Part shown: positions 10,723 through 18,535 of the stretch, in pieces
How positions within the stretch are numbered: the stretch's first letter is position 1
How the letters are laid out: each line of letters starts with the position of its first letter
Notes under the pieces: generated by a model
Database searches by the model: none
The model's input: only the letters and a program-made list of their open reading frames with translations
Told to the model about the DNA's origin: nothing
Made by a program: the position numbers and the translations under genes
Virus record (IMG/VR): IMGVR_UViG_3300025099_000016
Location: 8,098-72,097 of that record
DNA: 64,000 nt
Origin: a virus
Lineage: Duplodnaviria; Caudoviricetes
Strand: one strand, 5' to 3'

Positions 10723-11162
10723 TATCTTTCTTTATCTTTAATCATATCGTCTATAGACTTGTTCATGACTTTATCTGTATATGATTTGTTTTTATAATAA
10801 GGGTTTTTTATTGATATAGGTATATCTTCTTCACCTAGCAAAATTCTATATATTCTACTAATCATATGATTACACTTAAACGATGTTTTGTAAACAGCAT
10901 ATTTCATTGTTGTGCGATTTCTCTCTCTCCACACGTCTATCCAACCGTCTCTCCTCAATCTCTCCCATCTATGTTTATCCCAAGAGTAAGAATACATACC
11001 GTTTATAAATTCGTCACGTGTAAACCTGTTTAGACAGTTTAAGTATATCAATAACTCTAGGTCAGCATCATTTATCTTATTAGCTTTACATATCCATTTC
11101 CTAACTATCCTGTAATACTTGAATAGTTGTATCTGCTTTATGTCATCAGCTGTTATCCTCAT
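10722..11162 (-). CDS. hypothetical protein, possibly winged-helix DNA-binding
   Basis: 146-aa basic ORF overlapping the groES stop. Confidence 0.55.
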   Translation of the reverse strand: MRITADDIKQIQLFKYYRIVRKWICKANKINDADLELLIYLNCLNRFTRDEFINGMYSYSWDKHRWERLRRDGWIDVWRERNRTTMKYAVYKTSFKCNHMISRIYRILLGEEDIPISIKNPYYKNKSYTDKVMNKSIDDMIKDKER

Positions 11163-11415
11163 CTACTAAAACTACATCTCTTAATCTAATAACTCTATAC
11201 ATCACACTATCATAATCTATATCGTGGCCAGCGTGCTTATCGTACATCACAACCGTATTGACTTTTATGATGTCCGCTAAGTTACCAACAGATACTACCC
11301 TAGCTTTCTTATACCTATTATCTGTATCTGTGTCGTCAGTAAGTAAAAGACCACCCGAAGTAGTCTTCTGCTCTTTTATTCTTTCTACAACTATATAATC
11401 ATTAACTGCCTTCAT
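11146..11415 (-). CDS. groES: co-chaperonin GroES
   Basis: MKAVNDYIVVE..TTSGGLLL mobile loop, ARVVSVG, YRVIRLRDV; adjacent to groEL. Confidence 0.9.
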   Translation of the reverse strand: MKAVNDYIVVERIKEQKTTSGGLLLTDDTDTDNRYKKARVVSVGNLADIIKVNTVVMYDKHAGHDIDYDSVMYRVIRLRDVVLVDEDNS

Positions 11416-12967
11416 TTACTCTTACATTTGAGATTACACAATCAGCTGACATTATTGTGAGCGCTACACTAACGGCATTCTTCAATGCTGTTTTAGTTAC
11501 TAACACTGGATCTATAATACCTGCTTTAACCATATCTACAGGTAAACCGCTTACAACGTCGATACCTCTTCCTAAGTCTTGAGTGTTAATCATGTCTTCA
11601 TAACCAGCATTGGATAATATAGTTTCGTAAGGAGCTCGGCACGCTAGAAGAAGTACATCTCCGGCTTGTCCGGAGAGAATTTTTTCTGAAGCGTTTAATA
11701 ACGCAACGCCTCCACCTGGTACTATACCTTCTTTCAGAGCGGCTTTAGTAGCATATATAGCATCCTCAACTCTATCTTTCTTTTCTTTAAGTTCAATTTT
11801 AGAGTCAGCACCAACTTTAACGACACCAACACTACCTGATAAAGTAGCTAACCTCTGCTCAAGCTTCTTCTTTAAAAAATCGTTACCCTCTTCAGCTATC
11901 ATAGCCTTAACTTCTACTATCCTTTCTAATACATCGTTAGTAGTAGCGTCCATAGTTATTGTAGTATTTCTATCATCAGTAACAGCGAAATCAACTTCAC
12001 CTAAATGTTCAGGTGTAATTAGATCTAAGTCATCTCCTAGCTCCTCGTTTATCACGGTAGAACCAGTCAGTATGGATAAATCCTCTATTGCATCCATTCG
12101 TGTAGGACCAAAACCTGGTGGATCGACGATGTTTACCTTGATATTACCCTTAACCTTATTCATCAATAACGCTGATTTGACTTGTTGAGCAACTGGTGCT
12201 ACAATAAGCAAAGCTCTACCTTGCTTTATAACATGTTCTAATACTCCTTGTATTTTACGTATGTTAGGTATTTCAGAAGAAACCGTTAACACATAAGGGT
12301 TATCTAGCTCGCATATATGTTTCTCCGTATTAGTAATGAAATGTGGGGAGGTTAAACCACAATCTATCTGCGCTCCATCAACTACTTCTACGTAAGTATC
12401 TTCAGTAGGGCTTTCCTCCAGTAAAACTACACCGTGTTTGCCTACTTTCTCGTATGCTTCAGCGATAATTGCACCTAATTCCTCGTCATTGTTACAGGAA
12501 ATAGCAGCGACAGATTTAAGCATATCTCCCTCCACTTCTATAGCTGTTGAATCTAGGTACTCAATAACCTCAGCAAGGCATTGATTAACTCCATCTTTAA
12601 TTTCTCTGATTGAAACGCCTGCAGCGACGGCAAAACGTATAGAATTTATAAGAGCTTCCACTAAAACTGTAGCGGTGGTTGTTCCATCACCAGCTTCTTT
12701 TACAGTATTACGAGCAGCTTCTTTAACTAGGGTTGCACCCATGTTCTCGACCGGATCAAATAAGACTACGCTTTCCGCAACGGTTACACCATCTTTTGTT
12801 ATGACCGGTTTGCCTCGTCCATCTTCGTAAATAACGCACTTTCCCGATGCGCCTAATGTGGACTTAACGGCTCGTGCTAGCTTATTAACGCCAGCAATTA
12901 CTCTATTCTCAGCTTCCTCGCCAAAGTTTAGATCTTTGACCAGTTCACTGGGTAAATTGTACTCCAT
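11402..12967 (-). CDS. groEL: chaperonin GroEL
   Basis: ITKDGVTVA, AGDGTTTATVL, GIVPGGGVAL and GIIDP motifs; 521 aa without a GGM tail. Confidence 0.95.
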   Translation of the reverse strand: MEYNLPSELVKDLNFGEEAENRVIAGVNKLARAVKSTLGASGKCVIYEDGRGKPVITKDGVTVAESVVLFDPVENMGATLVKEAARNTVKEAGDGTTTATVLVEALINSIRFAVAAGVSIREIKDGVNQCLAEVIEYLDSTAIEVEGDMLKSVAAISCNNDEELGAIIAEAYEKVGKHGVVLLEESPTEDTYVEVVDGAQIDCGLTSPHFITNTEKHICELDNPYVLTVSSEIPNIRKIQGVLEHVIKQGRALLIVAPVAQQVKSALLMNKVKGNIKVNIVDPPGFGPTRMDAIEDLSILTGSTVINEELGDDLDLITPEHLGEVDFAVTDDRNTTITMDATTNDVLERIVEVKAMIAEEGNDFLKKKLEQRLATLSGSVGVVKVGADSKIELKEKKDRVEDAIYATKAALKEGIVPGGGVALLNASEKILSGQAGDVLLLACRAPYETILSNAGYEDMINTQDLGRGIDVVSGLPVDMVKAGIIDPVLVTKTALKNAVSVALTIMSADCVISNVRVNEGS

Positions 12968-12996
12968 AATGTATTGAATTGAATTTAATTAAATTG

Positions 12997-13025
12997 TATA
13001 ATGCTTAAGAATCGAAGGTTTTTAC
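12997..13025 (-). promoter_or_regulatory. class L (middle/late) promoter candidate for groEL
   Basis: Minus strand GTAAAA-N17-ATTATA. Confidence 0.5.
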
Positions 13026-13304
13026 TACTTTTGGTCCGTTAAGGAACTCCAGTTTTTTACCAAAATGTTCGACACTGCCATCGATAGCAGCCTCAGCTCC
13101 ATCGAGAGTCTCTCTACGCGTGATGTCAACCCATTTCTCTGCGTCGTTTGGGTTGTTAACTTCTGTTTGGTAGTACCCATTTGGTAGTTGTGTTATTCTC
13201 CAGTTCTTTTTATCAGCTAAGTGCTTCCACTCTTTGATTTTATCGTCTGATACTTGAGGTTGTCCAGTATTTATGGTACTGGTTTTGTAGTAATAATAGG
13301 TCAT
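13005..13304 (-). CDS. hypothetical protein
   Basis: 99-aa ORF in the late operon. Confidence 0.65.
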   Translation of the reverse strand: MTYYYYKTSTINTGQPQVSDDKIKEWKHLADKKNWRITQLPNGYYQTEVNNPNDAEKWVDITRRETLDGAEAAIDGSVEHFGKKLEFLNGPKVVKTFDS

Positions 13305-13340
13305 TTGTTTGATTTTTGGTTTATAATTGATTTATTTGCG

Positions 13341-13928
13341 TTACTTGTATTTATTTTTCTTAATCATTGGTGATCCAGCACCAGAGTATCTATCGTCAAC
13401 CCTTGTTTTATCGCTAGCAGCGGTATAATTCCCCATGTATTTAGATGTATCACCTAGCATAGCGTCGTATTTCGAGGAATCATACTTAGGTTTAGACTTA
13501 GCTTTTGCTTTAGGTTTTGCTTTAGGTTTTGCTTTAGCCTTAGGCTTAGGCTTAGGCGTAGATTGTACCTTACGTTTAACCTCCATTTTTGGAGACTCAC
13601 TACCAACGCTCTTAACTTTCTTTGAATCTAGACTTATCTTTTTATCATCTTTCTTCTCGTCTCTAAGAGCTCTTTTACGGCGGTTTTCATCACGTTTAGC
13701 TATAATCTCTTCTTCAGTAAACCTCTTCTTGCTAGGCTTATTCTTACCTTTAATTATACCTGATAGTTTAGACCCACCCGGTTTGGAGCCATAACTAGCT
13801 TTACTTCTTCTACCTTTAGTACCGTAAGTACCTCTACTCTTATTGAATCTAGGTCTCTTCGCTAGAGGTGAATCCTCAGAACCATTAGTCCCTTCACCGA
13901 AATTTATTGGGGTTTGTTTATATGCCAT
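13341..13928 (-). CDS. basic Lys-rich protein (candidate internal head protein)
   Basis: Very K/R-rich with PKAKAK repeats; begins MAYKQ. Confidence 0.6.
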   Translation of the reverse strand: MAYKQTPINFGEGTNGSEDSPLAKRPRFNKSRGTYGTKGRRSKASYGSKPGGSKLSGIIKGKNKPSKKRFTEEEIIAKRDENRRKRALRDEKKDDKKISLDSKKVKSVGSESPKMEVKRKVQSTPKPKPKAKAKPKAKPKAKAKSKPKYDSSKYDAMLGDTSKYMGNYTAASDKTRVDDRYSGAGSPMIKKNKYK

Positions 13929-14023
13929 GACTTTGTTTTGGTTATGCTTTGTTAACGTCTGACTTCACAACTCCTCTACTGTCTTCTCTAGAGTTATATG
14001 CTACAGCCTTTCTTCTTAGCTGG

Positions 14024-14482
14024 CTAATTATTTTTCTTCTTCTTTTGTCTTGCAGCTTTCTTAGCTCTTGCTTTAGCACCAGCATAATTAAGTCTTTTCT
14101 CTAACTTACTAGTACCAGCTTGCGAAGCTATAGCTTTTTTCTTAGCTCTACGCTTATCTTGGCGTTTTATTTTACCAGTAGCTTCCATTTTAGTAGGTTT
14201 CACAGCAGCTTTCTCAGGAGCTTTTACGCTCACAGGTTTGCTAGCTACACCTGGTTTAGAAACTTTACTTGATGTCTGCTCTTTCTTAGTACCAAAACTT
14301 TTAGCTTTAGCTGTAGGTTGAGTTGTACCGTATTTATTCTCATTATATCTTTCAGCAGCAGATTTAAAGGACTCGAAAGTTTTATATTTACTCTTGTCAG
14401 CATCTTTATAAGCTTCCTTATAAGACTTTTTCATCGGTGACTCACCATGGTTACCAGAGTAACCTTTCATTTTAAAAGCCAT
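14024..14482 (-). CDS. basic Lys/Ala-rich protein (candidate internal head protein)
   Basis: Histone-H1-like K/A composition; begins MAFKMKG; first gene after promoter L1. Confidence 0.6.
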   Translation of the reverse strand: MAFKMKGYSGNHGESPMKKSYKEAYKDADKSKYKTFESFKSAAERYNENKYGTTQPTAKAKSFGTKKEQTSSKVSKPGVASKPVSVKAPEKAAVKPTKMEATGKIKRQDKRRAKKKAIASQAGTSKLEKRLNYAGAKARAKKAARQKKKKNN

Positions 14483-14517
14483 AGTTATATTTTTAGATTA
14501 ATTCAATGTCTTAACAG

Positions 14518-14546
14518 TATAATCACATTGTTATAGAATTATTTAC
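14518..14546 (-). promoter_or_regulatory. class L promoter candidate heading the head operon
   Basis: Minus strand GTAAAT-N17(ending TGTG)-ATTATA. Confidence 0.65.
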
Positions 14547-14548
14547 AG

Positions 14549-14594
14549 TGTGACATTAGCTAGTTACTATTACCTTATATAGGCTATTGTCATA
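14549..14594 (+). promoter_or_regulatory. TGTGACA..TGTCA(C/T)A element, copy A
   Basis: TGTGACATTAGCTAGTTACTAT..GCTATTGTCATA; homologous to 16110-16157 and 26267-26312. Confidence 0.6.
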
Positions 14595-14627
14595 GTTTCC
14601 CGTATTGTAAATATTGGGGTTGGGTGT

Positions 14628-15150
14628 AGCCCCTCTCCTCTCAGCCCACCGCCCCCAATATCAAAGTCAAATCCTTTGACCCAGCCCCGTCTCATCAATC
14701 CCGATCCGAACCCGTCCATCCAATCCGTCCCATACCCCCTACCCTACCCTACCCATACCCCACCCCTTACCCATCTCCCTCTTCCAGCTATCTAATTCTA
14801 TCCATCCATCTATCTATCCCAACCATCCAATCCACATCCCCGTCCATATCCACGTCCACAACCACATCTACATCCTCATCCATACCCTTATCCATATCCA
14901 CATCCTTATCTCTACCCAATCTCTGTCCGTATCCCTATCCTTGTCCTTATCTATACCCTGTCCATACCTCATCCATATCCATATCTATCCTCATCCCCAT
15001 CCTACGACCCATCCCCATCCTGACCTCCTCCCTGCCCCAATCCTATCCCTTTCCCCAACCATCCACATCCATATCTACGTCCTCATCTATGTCCCTATCC
15101 ATCCTCCCACTGTCCTCCCTCCCTCTTCTCTACCCATCTACCTCTGCTCT
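14628..15150. repeat. C-rich degenerate hexamer tract (G-rich on the minus strand; G-quadruplex/i-motif prone)
   Basis: Plus strand nearly lacks G; CCATAT/CCACAT/CCTCAT/CCCTA units; eight runs of 3 or more C at 14729-14772. Confidence 0.85.
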
Positions 15151-15202
15151 TGAGCCAATTACAATTCTTATTCGGCTCAAATATACCCACTTTCTGAGCC
15201 GA
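15150..15202. repeat. alternating inverted repeats TGAGCC(G)A
   Basis: TTGAGCC 15150-15156, GGCTCAA 15174-15180, TGAGCCGA 15195-15202. Confidence 0.55.
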
Positions 15203-15235
15203 TTAATAAATCTATTACCTCTTACGTATTATTTA

Positions 15236-15268
15236 TACAAAGTTAATACGAAGTTAAATGGATAATAT
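15236..15268 (+). promoter_or_regulatory. class E (early) promoter 1
   Basis: TACAAAGTTAATACGA-N8-GGATAATAT. Confidence 0.8.
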
Positions 15269-15312
15269 ATATGTAAATCAATTAAACTATTAAACTTTAA
15301 ATTCTAATTATT

Positions 15313-15552
15313 ATGCTTAAATCAAATTCAATTACTACTAAAAGATTCGTTATTCGTCAATCATTAATCGGCACTAACACTATCATTACATTCAAAACTA
15401 AGAAAGGCGATACAGTGTCATACAATCATGACAAAGTATATAATACTCACAAGTCTCGCTTCGATGCTATGAATTGTTTCGCTAAGTACAAATCGTATAC
15501 TAATTCAAATAACATTCCAGCATTCTGCCGTGACTTAGCAATACAAAGTTAA
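15313..15552 (+). CDS. early protein A1 (paralog of 17167-17493)
   Basis: KRFVIRQSLIG..YNHDKVY..AMNCFAKYKSYT..NNIP is shared with A2. Confidence 0.8.
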   Translation: MLKSNSITTKRFVIRQSLIGTNTIITFKTKKGDTVSYNHDKVYNTHKSRFDAMNCFAKYKSYTNSNNIPAFCRDLAIQS

Positions 15553-15574
15553 TACTATAGCAGTTGGATAATAT
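15542..15574 (+). promoter_or_regulatory. class E promoter 2
   Basis: TACAAAGTTAATACTA-N8-GGATAATAT. Confidence 0.75.
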
Positions 15575-15610
15575 ACATGTAAACAAACTAAATAAACTAA
15601 ATAAACTATT

Positions 15611-15760
15611 ATGATTAAGACTATTACTTTCCAAGTTGATGATAACAATGACATCTATGAAATTACTATCAATGGTATTACATATGACCTAGATACCATC
15701 TATGATAGTCCATATGGAAAGCTCTTTGATGAATTAAACCTTGCAATTGATATAAACTAA
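15611..15760 (+). CDS. small acidic early protein (49 aa)
   Basis: Translated by hand (MIKTITFQVDDNNDIYEITING..); A/T-rich leader after promoter 2. Confidence 0.55.
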   Translation: MIKTITFQVDDNNDIYEITINGITYDLDTIYDSPYGKLFDELNLAIDIN

Positions 15761-15774
15761 ATTAAACTATTACT

Positions 15775-15933
15775 ATGAGAAAGATCTTATCTTACTTACC
15801 ATTCGCTTCAGTACTATGTACTAATATCAGCTTACTATTCATGTTCGCTATAACTGGACAGCTAGGTTATCTGTCGCTACTAGTCGCAGCTGTTTTCGCC
15901 TTAGTTAATTCATTAAAACTAATTATAGAATAA
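15775..15933 (+). CDS. small membrane protein (52 aa, 2 TM)
   Basis: Translated by hand (MRKILSYLPFASVLCTNISLLFMFAITGQLGYLSLLVAAVFALVNSLKLIIE). Confidence 0.55.
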   Translation: MRKILSYLPFASVLCTNISLLFMFAITGQLGYLSLLVAAVFALVNSLKLIIE

Positions 15934-15934
15934 C

Positions 15935-16114
15935 ATGCGAATAGATACTATCAACGATTGGACAATGGAAAACCTTACTAATGCCCAAGCTGCACTTACT
16001 AAGGTCTTTACCGACGAATTCTACTACAACCACGATCTAGCTATGCAAGCTAAGGAAATGGCGGATACTATGCAGGTAGCAATAGATCTTCTTGCTAAGG
16101 CGGAAAAACTGTGA
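15935..16114 (+). CDS. early protein B1 (59 aa; paralog of 16849-17070)
   Basis: MENLTNAQAALTKVFTDEFYYNHDLA aligns with MKNLGDALTALSEVWTDELYYNVELA. Confidence 0.7.
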   Translation: MRIDTINDWTMENLTNAQAALTKVFTDEFYYNHDLAMQAKEMADTMQVAIDLLAKAEKL

Positions 16115-16157
16115 CATTTGCCTGTTACTATACCTAATCTAACTACCTATTGTCACA
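16110..16157 (+). promoter_or_regulatory. TGTGACA..TGTCACA element, copy B
   Basis: TGTGACATTTGCCTGTTACTAT..CCTATTGTCACA. Confidence 0.6.
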
Positions 16158-16168
16158 CTTTTCTACTA

Positions 16169-16241
16169 TGACAACTTGACATGACAGGTAGACAATTTGA
16201 CATGACAAAACTTCATGACAATATTTCATGACATACTGACA
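16169..16241 (+). repeat. TGACA iteron-like array
   Basis: Eight TGACA plus one AGACA within 73 bp, followed by very AT-rich DNA. Confidence 0.7.
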
Positions 16242-16294
16242 TGGTGGAATACCACGAAACTATTTTTTACTACTTAATAAATAATCCACTTTAT

Positions 16295-16327
16295 TACAAA
16301 GTTATTACGACTTGATTTGGATAATAT
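16295..16327 (+). promoter_or_regulatory. class E promoter 3
   Basis: TACAAAGTTATTACGA-N8-GGATAATAT. Confidence 0.8.
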
Positions 16328-16370
16328 ATACGTAACTAAAATAAATATAACAACTTAAAAATTAAACAAC

Positions 16371-16628
16371 ATGTCTACTATTATTAAAACTAACAATTCA
16401 ACTAAAATTATAACTATTAATAACAATAAATATATTCCATTTCAACTTCATCAATTACCAAAAAATTATCAAGAAATCGAATTATCAAGTCAATTCAAAC
16501 TAAACGGTTTAATATATATTAATATAAATTCTTTAAAAAATCGTTTTAAAACTACTAAACAATTACTAAAAAATTATAATTCAACATTAACTTCAAATAA
16601 AAATATTTCTTATACTAAATCAAGATAA
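16371..16628 (+). CDS. hypothetical early protein
   Basis: 85-aa ORF, extremely AT-rich, between promoters 3 and 4. Confidence 0.5.
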   Translation: MSTIIKTNNSTKIITINNNKYIPFQLHQLPKNYQEIELSSQFKLNGLIYININSLKNRFKTTKQLLKNYNSTLTSNKNISYTKSR

Positions 16629-16632
16629 TATT

Positions 16633-16665
16633 TACAAAATAAATACGACTAAAGTTGGATAATAT
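16633..16665 (+). promoter_or_regulatory. class E promoter 4
   Basis: TACAAAATAAATACGA-N8-GGATAATAT. Confidence 0.8.
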
Positions 16666-16699
16666 ATACGAAATTAAACTTTAAATAAAACTTAAAATT

Positions 16700-16843
16700 A
16701 TGACTAATAAAAAATTAAAACTTGTCAAAAAACTTATAAACGAATTATACTTTGACGAATTAAATAACAAGTCAAACGACTTTGATAAAGTATTCGAAAC
16801 TATAACTGACGACTTAAAATTCATACTTAAAAATAAAATATAA
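16700..16843 (+). CDS. small early protein (47 aa)
   Basis: Translated by hand (MTNKKLKLVKKLINELYFDE..); typical AAAATTATG leader. Confidence 0.5.
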   Translation: MTNKKLKLVKKLINELYFDELNNKSNDFDKVFETITDDLKFILKNKI

Positions 16844-16848
16844 TTATT

Positions 16849-17070
16849 ATGACTAAAGAAAATAAAAACTATATCTGTTGTCGAATACAACGAAATACTA
16901 TGAAGAATCTTGGTGACGCACTCACGGCACTATCAGAAGTGTGGACTGACGAGTTATATTATAACGTAGAATTAGCGAACGCTTGTCACGAGTTAAGAAT
17001 GAAGATAACTCCTATGATACACGAGTGTCACGAAGAATTAAATCGATTCAAGTCAATACTCGACGATTAA
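16849..17070 (+). CDS. early protein B2
   Basis: Paralog of 15935-16114. Confidence 0.7.
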   Translation: MTKENKNYICCRIQRNTMKNLGDALTALSEVWTDELYYNVELANACHELRMKITPMIHECHEELNRFKSILDD

Positions 17071-17103
17071 TACAAAATAAATACGATTACTATTGGATAA
17101 TAT
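17071..17103 (+). promoter_or_regulatory. class E promoter 5
   Basis: TACAAAATAAATACGA-N8-GGATAATAT. Confidence 0.8.
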
Positions 17104-17166
17104 ATATGTAACGAAACGAAATAAACAACTAAAATAAATTTTAAACTTAAACTAAATTAAATTACT

Positions 17167-17493
17167 ATGTCAAATTTACTTAAATCAAAAAGATTCGTCG
17201 TAAGACAATCACTAATCGGAAAAAATACTAATGTTGAAGTATCTTTCAAAAACGGAAAAACGATAACTTATTCGCACGATAAAGCGTATGAGATTATGAA
17301 AACAGCTCTTGAAGCGATGAATTGCTGGGAAAAATACAAGTCGTATACTGCGACTAATAATATTCCGAAAGTTCTTCGAGAAACTGAAGCAGTTATCTCT
17401 TCTGAACAAACTGAAGTTGAAACTACTGACGAAGTAGTTGAAACAACAGAAGTTGAAGAAACTGAAACTGTAACTCCAGAAGTTGCATTCTAA
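17167..17493 (+). CDS. early protein A2 with an acidic E/T/V tail
   Basis: Paralog of 15313-15552 plus a tail (EQTEVETTDEVVETTEVEE). Confidence 0.8.
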   Translation: MSNLLKSKRFVVRQSLIGKNTNVEVSFKNGKTITYSHDKAYEIMKTALEAMNCWEKYKSYTATNNIPKVLRETEAVISSEQTEVETTDEVVETTEVEETETVTPEVAF

Positions 17494-17501
17494 ACTACGA
17501 A

Positions 17502-17680
17502 GTATGAGTAGCCCAGTTAGTTCCACTTGTTTACTGGTAAAATCAAATATGAACAAGTCACACGAAAGTGTATTGGTTACCTAAATATAAATTATAGAGG
17601 TATTCATGTTAGCGAGAGAAATCTTACGCTGCAGGTGAGCAGGAAGTTAACATAGTGGTTCGATTCCACTGCTTTCACTA
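17502..17680 (+). ncRNA. structured RNA candidate ending in a tRNA-like T-arm
   Basis: CAC-GAAA-GTG and AGCG-AGA-GAAA-TCT-TA-CGCT GNRA hairpins; AGTGG-TTCGATT-CCACT T-arm then GCTTTCACTA. Confidence 0.45.
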
Positions 17681-17709
17681 GAAATTATTAACAATTAAAT
17701 TAAGAAATT

Positions 17710-17862
17710 ATGCAAATACACTGCAAAGTATGTGGCAAAGATGTCACTATGGAAACTGAGTTCGAAACTCGTCGACCATACAGAATAATAAATAACCATA
17801 AATGTGAAGTTAAATTAGCTCGAGCTAAAGCAAGAGCATTAGAAATGGGAATGATACTATGA
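17710..17862 (+). CDS. small Cys/His protein (50 aa)
   Basis: Translated by hand: CKVC..HKC; stop overlaps the next start (ATGA). Confidence 0.55.
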   Translation: MQIHCKVCGKDVTMETEFETRRPYRIINNHKCEVKLARAKARALEMGMIL

Positions 17863-18128
17863 GAAAATCGTTATTAACTATAGCAATTTTCGCTACAGTT
17901 AGCGGATTTGCTCAAGAAAAACCAAAGTGTAGTGGTACAACTAAAGCTGGAAATCAGTGTAAAATAGTTGTGTGGAAAGAATCTTCACTATGTTGGAGAC
18001 ATAATCCTAACTACGTTAAAGAAGTTATCACTCAGTCAACTACTTGTACGAGTAAAACTAAAACAGGTTTACCTTGCAAAATAAAAACTAGACACGAGAG
18101 CGGTATTTGTTATCACCACAGAGATTAA
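17859..18128 (+). CDS. secreted protein with two CCCH zinc-finger-like repeats (DUF5763-like)
   Basis: Signal peptide MRKSLLTIAIFATVSGFAQ; CSGTTKAGNQC..CWRH and CTSKTKTGLPC..CYHH. Confidence 0.7.
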   Translation: MRKSLLTIAIFATVSGFAQEKPKCSGTTKAGNQCKIVVWKESSLCWRHNPNYVKEVITQSTTCTSKTKTGLPCKIKTRHESGICYHHRD

Positions 18129-18144
18129 TATTTAAAATAAAACT

Positions 18145-18369
18145 ATGAGAGGATTATTAGAAAATAAGAAAATCATGTTCCGTTACAGAGGAACAGGTAA
18201 ATTCGCAGTAGCGAAAAAACGTCGTCAAGACGAAGCTATTGCTAGAAACGAAGGTTACCAGAAAATGGTAAGTACTAAAGCTGGTATCAGCGAGTATATT
18301 GCTAACACCAAGAATATTGGTAAAAAGCAGTTAGCTAAGTTGCAGTCTTTACTTAAAACTCGTAAGTAA
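18145..18369 (+). CDS. basic hypothetical early protein
   Basis: 74-aa ORF with an A/T leader. Confidence 0.6.
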   Translation: MRGLLENKKIMFRYRGTGKFAVAKKRRQDEAIARNEGYQKMVSTKAGISEYIANTKNIGKKQLAKLQSLLKTRK

Positions 18370-18521
18370 TGGACTACAACGAGTTAAAAGAAGTTATGGT
18401 AGATTTAATCGAAGCTGACGAAGTGTCAAAAACTCAGTTAAATTACATGCTGGAATTTATTCAAGGTAATGGTTATACAAACCAAATACGACGACTTATG
18501 GATAATATAGATGAACGTTAA
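18369..18521 (+). CDS. small early protein (50 aa)
   Basis: Translated by hand (MDYNELKEVMVDLIEADE..); runs through promoter 6. Confidence 0.5.
   Translation: MDYNELKEVMVDLIEADEVSKTQLNYMLEFIQGNGYTNQIRRLMDNIDER
18476..18508 (+). promoter_or_regulatory. class E promoter 6
   Basis: TACAAACCAAATACGA-N8-GGATAATAT. Confidence 0.75.
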
Positions 18522-18535
18522 ATAAATAAATAACT

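Noticed and set aside
13994-14026. Stop-codon recoding: TAG at 14024 is followed in frame by PAKKKGCSI
   Set aside because: A single instance that may be a nonsense change. All large genes are intact in code 11 and no suppressor tRNA is present.
14628-15150. Diversity-generating retroelement variable region
   Set aside because: Variation is not restricted to adenines, and no template repeat or reverse transcriptase is present in the window.
14941-15153. 70-aa Pro/His/Ile ORF (and Asp-X ORFs on the minus strand) in the C-rich tract
   Set aside because: By-product of the hexamer repeat: TTG start, no typical leader, and the opposite-strand frames are broken by stops and frameshifts.
14549-16157. 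TGTGA..TCACA as CRP sites
   Set aside because: CRP half-sites are 6 bp apart; here they are more than 30 bp apart with conserved internal sequence.
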